NCBI RefSeq assembly: GCF_036365525.1
Contig: NC_090378.1
Span: forward strand, 120,079,593 to 120,143,592
From: Heterodontus francisci
Lineage: Eukaryota
Reading direction: 5' to 3'
Length of the DNA: 64,000 nt
Position numbers and translations under genes: made by a program. A model generated the notes under the pieces. That model did not search any database and had not been told where the DNA came from. It worked only from the letters and a program-made list of their open reading frames with translations. This document shows positions 21,504-35,103 of the stretch, piece by piece (the stretch's first letter is position 1; every line of letters starts with the position of its first letter).

Positions 21504-21552
21504 CAATTCCAACTCTCAGAAGACACAACAATCAGAGAAAGGTCTCGGTCAC
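21504..21552 (-). pseudogene. Putative decayed leader (signal-peptide) exon
   Basis: 49 nt: GTG ACC GAG ACC TTT CTC TGA TTG TTG TGT CTT CTG AGA GTT GGA ATT G|GTGAGT = (M>V)TETFL*LLCLLRVGI with a consensus phase-1 donor. Confidence 0.35.
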
Positions 21553-21802
21553 AACTTCCAAACTCACTGTTCTCCAGTAAACAGAGCTCCTTTCCTTAAT
21601 GGACATTGTGAATGCTCAATGGCCAACAAGGACATGGGAGCAACCAACATACCAGGATGTATTGTTACCCAGTGGTGCAGTGTACTTCACATGGGAGAAC
21701 AGCACAGAGTCAAAGAGCTCGACATTTCACCATGAATCTTCTAGAGACAGACAACATTGTAATTTGTGTGGAATACTATGTGAAGTTTAACTTTGGGAGA
21801 AA

Positions 21803-24056
21803 GTCCAGATGGAGCTGCCCTGGGACAGAACACAATGTCCAGATGGAGCTGCCCTGGGGGAGAACACAATGTCAAGATGAAGCTGCCCTGGGGGAGAACA
21901 CAATGTCCAGATGGAGCTGCCCTGGGACGCAACACAATGTCCAGATGGAGCTGCTATGGGACAGAACACAATGTCCAGATGGAGCTGCCCTGGGACAGAA
22001 CACAATGTCCAGATGGAGCTGCCCTGGGACAGAACACAATGTCAAGATGAAGCTGCCCTGGGGGAGAACACAATGTCCAGATGGAAATGCCCTGGGACAG
22101 AACACAATGTCCAGATGGAGCTGTCCTGGGACAGAACACAATGTCCAGATGGAGCTGCCCTGGGACAGAACACAATGTCAAGATGAAGCTGCCCTGGGGG
22201 AGAACACAATGTCCAGATGGAAATGCCCTGGGACAGAACACAATGTCCAGATGGAGCTGTCCTGGGACAGAACACAATGTCCAGATGGAGCTGTCCTGGG
22301 ACAGAACACAATGTCCAGATGGAGCTGTCCTGGGACAGAACACAATGTCCAGATGGAGCTGCCCTGGGACAGAACACAATGTCCAGATGGAGCTGCCCTG
22401 GGGGAGAACAAAATGTCCAGATGGAGCTGCCCTGGGGGAGAACACAATGTCCAGATGGAGCTGCCCTGGGACAGAACACAATGTCCAGATGGAGCTGCAC
22501 TGGGGGAGAACACAATGTCAAGATGAAGCTGCCCTGGGGGAGAACACAACGTCCAGATGGAGCTGCCCTGGGACGGAACACAATGTCCAGATGGAGCTGC
22601 CCTGGGGGTGAACACAATGTCCAGATGGAGCTGCTATGGGACAGAACACAATGTCCAGATGGAGCTGCCCTCGGACAGAACACAATGTCCAGATGGAGCT
22701 GCCCTGGGGGAGAACACAATGTCCAGATGGAGCTGCCCTGGGACAGAACACAATGTCCAGATGGAGCTGCACTGGGGGAGAACACAACGTCCAGATGGAG
22801 CTGCCCTGGGACGGAACACAATGTCCAGATGGAGCTGCTATGGGACAGAACACAATGTCCAGATGGAGCTGCCCTCGGACAGAACACAATGTCCAGATGG
22901 AGCTGCCCTGGGACAGAACACAATGTCCAGATGGAGCTGCCCTGGGGGTGAACACAATGTCCAGATGGAGCTGCCCTGGGGGTGAACACAATGTCCAGAT
23001 GGAGCTGCCCTGGGACGGAACACAATGTCCAGATGGAGCTGTCCTGGGGGAGAACACAATGTCCAAATGGAGCTGCCCTGGGGAAGAACACAATGTCCAG
23101 ATGGAGCTGTCCTGGGGAAGAACACAATGTCCAGTTGGAGCTGCCCTGGGGGTGAACACAATGTCCAGATGGAGCTGCCCTGGGGGTGAACACAATGTCC
23201 AGATGGAGCTGCCCTGGGGGTGAACACAATGTCCAGATGGAGCTGCCCTGGGACGGAACACAATGTCCAGATGGAGCTGTCCTGGGGGAGAACACAATGT
23301 CCAAATGGAGCTGCCCTGGGGAAGAACACAATGTCCAGATGGAGCTGTCCTGGGGAAGAACACAATGTCCAGATGGAGCTGCCCTGGGGGAGAACACAAT
23401 GTCCAGATGGAGCTGCCCTGGGGGTGAACACAATGTCCAGATGGAGCTGCCATGGGGGTGAACACAATGTCCAGATGGAGCTGCCCTGGGACAGAACACA
23501 ATGTCCAGATGGAGCTGCCCTGGGACGGAACACAATGTCCAGATGGAGCTGTCCTGGGGGAGAACACAATGTCCAGATGGAGCTGCCCTGGGGAAGAACA
23601 CAATGTCCAGATGGAGCTGCCCTGGGGAAGAACACAATGTCCAGTTGGAGCTGCCCTGGGGGTGAACAGAATGTCCAGATGGAGCTGCCCTGGGGGTGAA
23701 CACAATGTCCAGATGGAGCTGCCCTGGGACGGAACACAATGTCCAGATGGAGCTGCCCTGGGACAGAACACAATGTCCAGATGGAGCTGCCCTGGGGGTG
23801 AACACAATGTCCAGATGGAGCTGCCCTGGGGAAGAACACAATGTCCAGATGGAGCTGCCCTGGGACAGAACACAATGTCCAGATGGAGCTGCCCTGGGGG
23901 TGAACACAATGTCCAGATGGAGCTGCCCTGGGGGTGAACACAATGTCCAGATGGAGCTGCCCTGGGGAAGAACACAATGTCCAGATGGAGCTGCCCTGGG
24001 GGAGAACACAATGTCCAGATGGAGCTGCCCTGGGACGGAACACAATGTCCAGATGG
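21803..24056. repeat. 34-bp tandem minisatellite (GTCCAGATGGAGCTGCCCTGGGACAGAACACAAT)
   Basis: Direct periodicity, about 66 units. Confidence 0.97.
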
Positions 24057-26860
24057 ACCCGGCCCAGTGGCAGGTGTACAAAGAGAAGAAGGGCGCGCTG
24101 AGGGACCTGCAGCTCGTAGAGTCCGAGGCGTGTACATGAGGTCGTGGATCCAGATACTGGAAGATTTGGACCACGCATGACCCTTCTTCTACTCGCTGGA
24201 AAAATGGCAGGGCGTCATTAAGCAGCTCGTTGAGCTGCTGTCTGATGACGGATCTTCCATCACGAATCCGGAGGGAATGGGCCTCCTGGTCCGCACCTAT
24301 TACAGTGTGTTATTCTCTCCGGATCCATCCAACGACGATGCAAGCAGAGTTTTGTGGGAGGACCTGCCGCAGGTCAGCCCGGACGGTGCCAAAGGATTGG
24401 AGACCCCTCTCACGTTGGTGCCCTGCACCAGCTCGCGAAGGGCAACTCCCTGGGGCTGGATGGGCTGACCGTGGAGTTCCTCAGGATGTTCTGGGACATC
24501 CTGGGGGACGATTATGCATGGGTTCTGGGGGACGATTACGTGTGGGTGTTGGTGGAAATGCAGGCGACCGGCGAGATGCCCCTCTCGTGGTGCAGGTCGG
24601 TCATCGTCCTGCTGCTGAAGAGGCGCAATCTCCACTTGCTTAAAGTCCGGTCTCCGTCCTCAGTACCAGCCTGGGCTCTGTGCTGGCCCACATGATCCAC
24701 CCCGACCAGTTCTACAATATTCCGGGCCGGTCCATCCAGGACAACATCCTCCTCGTCCGAGACCTGATCCAGCTTTTCCAGAGGATTGCTCTGTTGATCG
24801 CCTTTCTCTCCCTTGATCAGGAGAAGGCGTTCGACAGGGTGGATCAAGAATACCTTTTCAGGACTCTGCACGCATTCAGATTTGGGCCGCATTTTGTGGC
24901 CCGGGTACGACTTTTATACGTCGCTGCAGAGTGTCTAGTCAAAGTTAACTGGTCCTTGACGGCGCCCCTTCGCTTTGGGAGAGGAGTGCGCCAGGGATGC
25001 CTCATTTCCAGCCAATTGTACACCATCTGTGTGGAGCCATTCCTTTGCTTGCTTCACAGGAGGTTGAAGGGCTGGCCATGCGGGTTGTCCTCTTGGCTTA
25101 CGCCGATGACGTGCTCCTCACGATCATAGGTCCCATTGACTTGCGGAGGATGCGTGACTGCCGGCAGACCTTTCCCACGTCCTCCCCAAGGATCAGTTGG
25201 GAGAAATATTCCAGATTCCTGGTGGGTCAGTGGCAGGTCGACTCACTGCCGGAGGAGTTGACACCTTTTGCGTGGAGCACCATGCACCTCCTCTATCTGG
25301 GACTCCAACTTAGCCCCGCTGAGGAAGCCTGGCCGGCAAAGTGGCAGGAATTGGAGGCGAAAGTCACCAGTTGGCTGGGGCGCTGGACAGGACTGCTCCG
25401 AGTGCTTTCCGACAGGGGCCGTGCGCTGGTCATAAACCAACTGGTGGCCTTGATGCTGTGGTATGGTTGGCCATTTTGGCTCCGCCCCCTGCATTTGCCA
25501 CCAAGATCCAGAAGAAGCTTGTCGATTTCTTCTGGGGCAAGAGGAAACACTGGGTCTCTGCTGCGGTCCTGAGTCTCCCAATTGAGGAGGGCGGCCAGTC
25601 GCTGGCGTGCTTCCGGACCCAGGCTGTGAAGCTCCACCTTCAAACCCTGTACGCGGAGCTGCCTCCCAGATGGGGTGTGCTGCCAAGGGCACTGCCTTCA
25701 AGACAACACGCAGCTCCCAGTGGAGAACGTTAGCTGTGCCTCTCTGAGGGAGTTGCCTGTCTTTTACCGGGATCTATTCAGAGTCTGGAACATGGTCGCC
25801 TCCAGTCAGCGCGTTCCCTCGTTGGCGGAGGAGAACGCCTCGGCTGTCCTGGTGGCCAGCTCCGGCGACGGACCAATGGGTGAAGGAATAGCTGAAGCCT
25901 CTGGGACACCCCTCATTGCAGGTTGCGAGGGGACACGGGAGAGCGAAGCGTTCCCAGCAGAACTGAGCCCCATTCGGCGGAACTGCTCATCGGACCCAGG
26001 CCCCAAAACCATCCTCGGGAGCCGGTCGCGCACAAACCAAGCCGCTTCTTGGAAATGCCCTCTGTGCCATTCCAATCGGCATGGAGGTGTTTCCTGTACA
26101 GGCTATTCCTGCACACTCTCTACTTCCTTGCCCTCGTCAGCGGGCCGGACACGGCCTGGCAGTCCGTGTTGACATCTGGCAGCGAGGGGAAACCACAGTG
26201 GGGGTCTCTCTAAGCAGGAGTCTTCCCCATTTACATTGGGGACCTGGGGTGGAGGGTGCTGCACAGGGCAGTCCCATGCACTAGTCTTTTAAGTAGGTTC
26301 ACGGACCCCCAGGCCGCCTGTAATTTCTGCAGCCTGGACAAGTTTGTGTTCCATGTTTATATGGAATGTGCGAGGTTGCTGCCCCTCTTTGAGTATTTGA
26401 AGGGGCTGCTCCTCAAGTTTTGGCTGCACTTCAGTCCCACGCTCCTGATCTTTGGCCACCCGGGGCGGAGGGGCGTGGCCGGGGGAAGGATTTCCTCATC
26501 GGTCTGCTCCTGGGCCTGGCCAAGGTGGCAATTCACAGGTCCAGGCTGCGGACCGTCAGGGGGTCCATCCGCCCTGATTGCCTGCTCCTCTTCCCAGGTT
26601 ATGTTCTCGCCTGGGTGTCCCTGCAGAAGGAGCATGCGGTGTCCGCGGGTTCGATCGAGGCCTTCTGCGACCCGTGGTCACCGCAGGGGCTGGAGTGCAT
26701 CATCAATGCTGAGAATGGCATTTTAATCAGATTTCTGTTCTATTTATCTGTTTTTAATAAAGTTATTTTATAAAATGCATTTTAAAGGGGACCTGAGGAA
26801 TAAAGGCCCCCTCAGCAAAATAAAAGGGGCCTGGGGTATAAAGGCTTCCTTCCAAATAAA
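24053..26860 (+). mobile_element. Degenerate 5'-truncated Tx1-clade LINE (a different family from 10426-13684)
   Basis: Frameshifted ORF2 pieces: GLDGLTVEF, IHPDQFYNIPGRSIQDN, LDQEKAFDRV, GVRQGCLIS, AYADDV, CNFCSLDKFVFHVYMEC; AATAAA at ~26757. Confidence 0.88.
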
Positions 26861-27210
26861 CAAGATGCACTGCAGCAACGCACCAAGTCTCCTTAGACAG
26901 AACCTTCCAAACCCACGACCTCTACCACCAAGAAGGACAAGGGCAGCAAATACATGGGAACAGCACCACCTGTAATTTCCCCTCCAATCCACACACCATC
27001 CTGACCTGGAAGTATATCGCTGTTCCTTCACTGTCACTGGGTCAAAATCCTGGAACTCCCTTCCTAACAGCTCTGTGGGTTCACCTACACCACACGGACT
27101 GCAGCAGTTCAAGAAGGCAGCTCACCACCACCTTCTCACGGGCAATTAGGGATGGGCAATAAATGCTGGCCTGGCCAGCGGCACCCACATCCCAAGAAAG
27201 AATTTTAAAA
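26860..27210 (+). mobile_element. CR1-group LINE 3' fragment
   Basis: KMHCSNAPSLLRQNLPNPRPLPPRRTRAA; same family as 19755-20880. Confidence 0.8.
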
Positions 27211-27499
27211 ATGTAGATCAAAGCAGATTCCAACAACAGGCCCGAGGGGCTGAATGGCCTCCTTCAGTGTTGTGTGATTCTCGGATTCGATGGTAAAAGC
27301 TGATGACATTAATGGAAAGTAGTGACAGAAAAATTACAACATCGATCAGGTAAATATTCCTGACTCAGAGGGGAATATGTTTGGAATAATAAGGAAAACA
27401 AGGAAACAGAGGGAAAACCGTTGGAATTATTCAGATTACAGTTTGGAGCCATGATGAGAGAGATAAAGTAGCCAAGGGAAAGCTTCACTGGGAGAGTTC

Positions 27500-27720
27500 A
27501 GGTATCAGAGGTTCGGGCTCTCCACAGGTAATGACCCCCTCGCTCTCAAAATCATCATCATCACCATCTCCTCAAAAAATCCACACTCAACCAATGTGTC
27601 CTTGTAAACTACCCCATCACTAATCTCCCTTTCCTCTCCAAAGTGTGAATGTATTTTTGCCTCATTACTCTGTGCCCATTTTCCCCAGACTTCCCTCTTT
27701 AAATCTCTCCAATCAGGTGG
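27500..27720 (+). mobile_element. Decayed L2-like LINE RT fragment
   Basis: AACTACCCCATCACTAATCTCCCTTTCCTCTCCAAAG resembles the L2 RT motif NYRPISNLPFLSK. Confidence 0.45.
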
Positions 27721-28439
27721 ATAGGGCTGGAATTTCATATCGGGGGCAGGAAATGGACGTCGGGACTGTTTCCGGGTCCCAAACCCGTCCCTGGGGGGGA
27801 AACAGAAATGAGTTCCGGGTTTCACAGTGGTGACCAGTTAATTAATGCAGGAACGGGGGTTTTGGGGGCAGCTCAAGTGTGAGTCCAATTTAAACTCACC
27901 ACGGCAGCCATTCCTGTGGCCGCTGTTTGAGTGCTCATACTGCAGAGTGGGAGAACACAGAGCACTTGATTTACATAATGGTCCAGCAAAGCCAGAGGCC
28001 TGGCTGCCTTCCCGCTGGTCACATGGCCACCCAATTGTCCGTGGCAGCCTCGCCCCCTGTTCTTCTGCCCTCACGATGCCAAGAGGGTGACGATCCTCTC
28101 CACTGCCCAATCACTCACAGCCCACTCCAGCCCAATGGAGAGTGATGTCCTCAGGACTTAGTGAGGTTTAGCCGAGTTTAGGATGAGATATGTGAGACTG
28201 AGACTGCAGGCTGTTAAACACAAAGGCTTCTTCTTTATTCTGTTTTATTTCCACTTTCCCTTTGCTAGCCTGTGTGTTCTACAGTGGCTTCAAGTTAACA
28301 AAATGTACAATGCAATTTCAAAACACTGCAACACGACATTCCTCCCCTTCTCAGTAAGTGAGAGATGTTGTATGTGTCAATGGTTTGTTTCCAAAAATGT
28401 AAAGTATAAACTTACACATAAATAGTTCACTTCGTTATT

Positions 28440-29660
28440 TAGTCACCGATGTATGATGGGCATTTTCTCTCACAAGTAGGATATTGTCTGACATCAGGTG
28501 AAGTCTCATTTAACTCATGTTCTTCATCGGAGGTGTCGATGCTGAAATTGGATTCAATGTTTACGAGAGGTGTTTTCAGTGTTTGAAGAATGACACGTTT
28601 CTTGTGATAATTTGTGAATCGTGCTCAGCAGTGATCATTGATCCTTTTGTGTTGGTCACAACAAATGGTTGGATGTTATAAGGGGTTGTTTGTTTTCCAA
28701 CATGACCATCACGTTTCACAAGTACTTTATCTCCTGGCTTTAATGGTGTAGCTCGAAGTTTCATGTTTCGTTCTGCATTTACCTTCAATCTATCCTTCTG
28801 ATCTCGATCGTGTTGGTGTATATGTTGATCATTATCTCCGTAGGGTAATTGAGGAAGACGTGTGCACAGAGGATGTGTAAAGATGAGAGTGACTGGAGGT
28901 TTTCCAGTTGTTGAGTTTGGAGTCACTCTGTAATTATGATGAAAGTGATATAAATCTTGCTCCCATGACTTGTTCACAGCTGTAGCTGTACGTATCACTA
29001 TTTTCAAGGTTCACATAAATGTCTCGACTTCTTCATTAGCTCTTGGCCAATGGGGTGTGATTTCCCTATGAGTGAACACTAGGTAGTTTGTGAATTTACT
29101 GAACTCATTGCTGTTGAATGGGGGTTCATTGTCACTTCTTACTGTTTGAGGGATTCCAAACAAGGTAAAGATCTGGTCAAGCTTTGGAATCACTGCTTTT
29201 GTTGGAGTTGACTTAACTAATTCCACGATTGGGAATCTGCTGTAGTCGTCAGTGACAACAAGCAGGTGTTCACCTGTGGGTAAATCTGTGAAATCAACAC
29301 TGACACAATCCCTGGTCCTGGAGGTAGTTCAGACATCACGAGAGGATCATGAAGATTTGACATTGTGGGTAGTTGACATGGTAAACACTGATTGATTTTA
29401 TCTCTACCATGCAGTTCATTCCTGGAAGCCAAACCATTTGCCTAAGGAGTTGTTTGCTATTGACTATTCCCTGGTGTCCTTTATTAACAACACATTCTCT
29501 TAATGAGTGTGGAATGACCATACAGTTGTTGTGTAATATGAGATCAGATGTCGTTGTAACAGTGAGCTCATTTCGAACATTGGTGTGAAGATCTTGTAGT
29601 GTGTCAGAATTAATCTGTAGACATTTCTCGATCACGTCTTTCCAGTTTCGTGATTTGATA
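28440..29660 (-). mobile_element. Gypsy-type LTR retrotransposon integrase relic
   Basis: GHQGIVNSKQLLRQMVWLPGM (Zn-binding region); FGIPQTVRSDNEPPFNSNEF...ITPHWPRANEEVE (catalytic core); YRVTPNSTTGKPP; LKPGDKVLVK...ITRNVSFFK. Confidence 0.85.
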
Positions 29661-29662
29661 GC

Positions 29663-30623
29663 AGGGATGTCCAACCTTTTCGTGTCAGGGGCCAGATTAC
29701 AATTTTTACCCTCCAGTAGGGGGCCAGTGAGAACATTTCGGATGATAAAGGCATTAAAAATGTATCCTTGTATGAAAACTATAACAAATGTGCATTTTTA
29801 TGAAGAAGCTTTAAATGAGAAGTAATTTATTGACTTACTTTCTCATTACTATGTTGAACATTGATTTAGTGACCTACCTGACATTGTTTTTGCTTGCATT
29901 AATACTCAATCTCTGCCCACACACTTGACGTAGCGATGCAGTGTATTCCAGAATGATGTCCATGTGTCAGAGAGATATTGATCTTTCTTCCTCTCTCCTC
30001 TTGCTCTCTGTATCTCTCTGTCTCTCTTTCCCCCCTCCATCTCTCTCTCCCCCTCTCAGTCCCACCCTCTCCCCTACCTCTGTCTCCCCACTCTCTCTAT
30101 CAGTCTCCCTCTGTCTGTCCCACTATCCCCTCTCTCTGTCTCTCTCTCTCCCTCTCTCGCTGCCCCTTCTTTCTCTTACTCCCTGCTCTCTTTCTCTGTT
30201 TGTCTCTCACTCCCTCCTCCTCACTGCCTGCTCCCCAGTCCCTGATCCCTGCTCCCCACCCTCCACTTCCCACTCTCCACTGCCCACTCTCCACTGCCCA
30301 CTCTCCTCTCCCCACTACCCACACTCCACTCCCCACTCCACGCTCTCCACTCCCCACTGTCCGTTCTCCAATCCCCACTCCACGCTCCACTCCACGCTTT
30401 CCACTCCCCGCTCTCCAATCCCGGCTCCCCTGTCTCTGCTGCCCATTCCCCATCTGTTCATTCTCCATCAATGTGGATTCCAGAGACAGGATGTGAATGA
30501 CACTCTCCCGCTGGGCACAGCCACGTTGTGTGGGTCGGGGATCCTCACAAAAATAGAGCTGCCCACCGAAGTGCTTTGCAGGGCTGAAGTCTGGCCCATG
30601 GGCCGTATGCTGGAGAACCATAT
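29663..30623. mobile_element. Probable non-autonomous hAT element with an internal CT/CCA-rich tract
   Basis: Starts CAGGGATGTCCAACCTTTT (hAT-like TIR) where the Gypsy relic breaks off; degenerate right end GGGCCGTATGCTGGAGAACC; low-complexity 29985-30450. Confidence 0.45.
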
Positions 30624-30717
30624 TCTAATTCTTCACCTCCAAGTGTCAAAGTGAGGCCTTTTTCCTTGTGACGTCTGTGATAGTGAAACGTGCCATTGCA
30701 TCTTCAAAACGTAGCAG

Positions 30718-33030
30718 CCACACCTACAGACAGTACTGGGTAACACACTCAAACTCAGAGACACACACCTACAGACAGTACTGGGTAACACACTCACACT
30801 CAGAGACACACACCTACAGACAGGACTTGGTAACACACCCAAACTCAGAGACACACACCTACAGACAGTACTGGGTAACACACTCAAACTCAGAGACACA
30901 CACCTACAGACAGTACTGGGTAACACACTCAATCTCAGAGACACACACCTACAGACAGTACTGGGTAACACACTCAATCTCAGAGACACACACCTACGGA
31001 CAGTACTGGGTAACACACTCAAACTCAGAGACACACACCTACAGACAGTACTGGGTAACACACTCAAACTCAGAGACACACACCTACAGACAGTACTGGG
31101 TAACACACTCAAACTCAGAGACACACACCTACAGACAGTACTGGGTAACACACTCAAACTCAGAGACACACACCTACAGACAGTATTGGGTAACACACTC
31201 AAAATCAGAGACACCCACCTACAGACAGTACTGGGTAACACACTCAAACTCAGAGACACACACCTACAGACAGTACTGGGTAACACACTCAAACTCAGAG
31301 ACACACACCTACAGACAGTACTGGGTAACATACTCAAACTCAGAGACACACACCTACAGACAGTACTGGGTAACACACTCAAACTCAGAGATACACACCT
31401 ACAGACAGTACTGGGTAACACACTCAAACTCAGAGACACACACCTACAGACAGTACTGGGTAACACACTCAAACTCAGAGACACACAGCTACAGACAGTA
31501 CTGGGTAACACACTCAAACTCAGAGATACACACCTACAGACAGTACTGGGTAACACACTCAAACTCAGAGACACACACCTACAGACAGTACTGGGTAACA
31601 TACTCAAACTCAGAGACACACACCTACAGACAGTACTGGGTAACACACTCAAACTCAGAGATACACACCTACAGGCAGTACTGGGTAACACACTCAAACT
31701 CAGAGATACACACCTACAGACAGTACTGGGTAACACACTCAAACTCAGAGACACACACCTACAGACAGTACTGGGTAACACACTCAAACTCAGAGACACA
31801 CACCTACAGACAGTACTGGGTAACACACTCAAACTCAGAGATACACACCTACAGACAGTACTGGGTAACACACTCAAACTCAGAGATACACACCTACAGA
31901 CAGTACTGGGTAACACACTCAAACTCAGAGACACACACCTACAGACAGTACTGGGTAACACACTCAAACTCAGAGACACACACCTACAGACAGTACTGGG
32001 TAACAGACTCAAACTCAGAGACACACACCTACAGACAGTACTGGGTAACACACTCAAACTCAGAGACACACACCTACAGACAGTGCTGGGTAACACACTC
32101 ACACTCAGAGACACACACCTACAGACAGTACTGGGTAACACACTCAAACTCAGAGACACACACCTACAGACAGTACTGGGTAACACACTCACACTCAGAG
32201 ACACACACCTACAGACAGTACTGGGTAACACACTCACACTCAGAGACACACACCTACAGACAGTACAGGGTAACACACTCACACTCAGAGACACACACCT
32301 ACAGACAGTACTGGGTAACACACTCAAACTCAGAGACACACACCTACAGACAGTACTGGGTAACACACCCACACTCAGAGATACACACCTCCAGACAGAA
32401 CTGGGTAGCACACCCACACTCAGAGATACACACCTACCGACAGAACTGGGTAACTCACCCACAATCAGAGATACACACCTGCAGACAGTACTGGGTAACA
32501 CACTCAAACTCAGAGACACACACCTACAGACAGTACTGGGTAACACACTCAAACTCAGAGACACACACCTACAGACAGTACTGGGTAACAGACCCATACT
32601 CAGAGACACACACCTGCAGACAGTACTGTTTAACACACCCACACTCAGAGACACACACCTGCAGACAGTACTGGGTAAGACACATACTCAGAGACACGCA
32701 CCTACAGACAGTACTGGGTAACACACCCACACTCAGAGACACACACCTGCAGACAGTACTGGGTAAGACACATACTCAGAGACACGCACCTACAGACAGT
32801 ACTGGGTAACACACCTTCACTCAGAGACACAAACCTACAGACAGTACTGGGTAACACACCCACACTCAGAGACACACACCTGCAGACAGTACTGGGTAAG
32901 ACACACAGTCAGAGACACACACCTACAGACAGTACTGGGTAACAGACCCATACTCAGAGGAACCCACCAAATGACTGCACTGTGTAATACACACATACTT
33001 AGACGTACACACCTACTGAGAGTACTGGAT
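30718..33030. repeat. 45-bp tandem minisatellite (CACACCTACAGACAGTACTGGGTAACACACTCAAACTCAGAGACA)
   Basis: 15-aa repeat THTYRQYWVTHSNSE in the ORF track. Confidence 0.97.
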
Positions 33031-33460
33031 AGCTATGAAGAGAGACTGGATAGGCTAGGGTTCTTTTCCTTCGAGCAGAGAAGGCTGATGGATGACCTGA
33101 TTGAGGTATATAAAATTATGAGGTGCATTGATAGGATAGATAGGAAGAAACCTTTTGCCTTAGTGGAGGGGTCAATAACCAGTGTGCATAGATTGAAGCT
33201 AAGAGGCAGGAGGCTTAGAGGAAAAGAATTTTCACCCAGAGGGTGGTGCGAATCTGGAACGCACTGCCTGAAGACTTGGTAGAGGCAGGAACCCTCACAA
33301 CATTTAAGATGTATTTAGATGAGCACTTGAAATGCCATAGCATACAAGGCTACGGGCCAAGTGCCAGAAAATGTGATTAGAATAAATCGGTGCTTGATGG
33401 TTGGCAAAGACACGATGGGCTGAAGGGCCTGGTTCTGTGCTGTATAACTCTATGATTCTA
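33025..33460 (+). mobile_element. CR1 3' fragment inserted in the 45-bp array
   Basis: SYEERLDRLGFFSFEQRRLMDDLIEVYKIM, then a CR1 tail ending TATAACTCTATGATTCTA. Confidence 0.85.
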
Positions 33461-34573
33461 TAACACACCCACACTCAGAATCACACACCTACAGACAGTA
33501 CTGGGTAACCCACACACACTCAGAGACACAAACCTACAGACAGGACAGGGTAACCCACACACACTCAGACACACACACCTACAGACAGGACAGGGTAACC
33601 CACACACACTCAGACACGCACACTTACAGACAGTATAGGGTAACCCACACACACTCAGACACACACACCTACAGACAGTACTGGGTGACCCACACACACT
33701 CAGACACACACATCTACAGACAGTACAGGGTAACCCACACACACTCAGATACACACACCTACAGACAGTACAGGGTAACCCACACACACTCAGACACACA
33801 TACCTACAGACAGTACTGGGTAACCCACACACACTCAGACACACACACTGACATACAGTCCTGGGTAACCCACACACACTCAGACACACACACCTCCAGA
33901 CAATACAGGGTAACCCACACACACTCAGACACACACACCTACAGACAGTACAGGGTAACCCACACACACTCAGACACACACACCTACAGACAGTACAGGG
34001 TAACCCACACACACACAGACACACACACCTACAGACAGTACTGTGTAACCCACACACACTCAGACACACACACCGACATACAGTACTGGGTAACCCACAC
34101 ACACTCAGACACACACACCTCCAGACAATACAGGGTAACCCACAAACACTCAGACACACACACCTACAGACAGTACAGGGTAACCCACACACACTCAGAC
34201 ACACACACCTACAGACAGTACAGGGTAACCCACACACACACAGACACACACACCTACAGACAGTACTGTGTAACCCACACACACTCAGACACACACACCG
34301 ACAGACAGTACAGGGTAACCCACACACACACAGACACACACACCTACAGACAGTACTGTGTAACCCACACACACTCAGACACACACAGCAACATACAGTA
34401 CTGGGTAACCCACACATACTCAGACACACACACCTACAGACAGTACAGGGTAACCCACACACACTCAGACACACACACCTACAGACAGTACAGGGTAACC
34501 CACACACACGCAGACACACACACCTACAGACAGTATTGGGTAACCCACACACACTCCGAAACACACACCTACA
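33461..34573. repeat. 45-bp minisatellite, variant unit (…GGGTAACCCACACACACTCAGAC…)
   Basis: 15-aa repeat THTYRQYRVTHTHSD. Confidence 0.95.
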
Positions 34574-35103
34574 GGATGTAAATGTGTTGGAATCAGTTCA
34601 GAGAAGGTTTATTAGACTAATACTTGGAATGTGCAGGTTTTCCTCTGAGGAAAGGTTGGACAGGTTAGGTTTATATCCACTGGAGTTTAGAAGAGTAAGA
34701 GGTGACTTGATGGAGACATATAAGATTCCTGAGGGGTTTTGACAGGGTGGATGTGGAAAGGTTGTTTCTTCTTGTTGAAGAAACTAGAACTTGGGGTCAC
34801 TATTTAAAAATAAGGTGTCACCCATTTAATACAGAGTTGAGAATTCTTTTATTTCCAAGGGTCGTGACTCTTTGGAACTCTCTTTCTCAAAAGGCGATGG
34901 AAGCAGAGTCTATAAATATTTTTAAGGCAGAGGTGGATAGATTCTTGATAAGCAAGGGGGTGAAAGGTTATCATGGGTAGGAGGGAATGTGGTGTTGAGA
35001 TTACAATCAGATCAGCCATGATCTTATTGAATGGTGGAGCAGGTTCGAGGGGCCGAGTGGCCTACTCCTGCTCCTAATTCATATGTTTGTATTTATGTTT
35101 GTA
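34574..35103 (+). mobile_element. CR1 3' fragment
   Basis: DVNVLESVQRRFIRLILGM...RRVRGDLMETYKI; tail GGCCGAGTGGCCTACTCCTGCTCC followed by (TATGTT)n. Confidence 0.85.

Noticed and set aside
21612-24180. Many long overlapping ORFs in all six frames
   Set aside because: Artefact of the 34-bp minisatellite.
30633-34581. Cys/Thr/His-rich ORFs of 300-700 aa
   Set aside because: Artefact of the 45-bp minisatellite.
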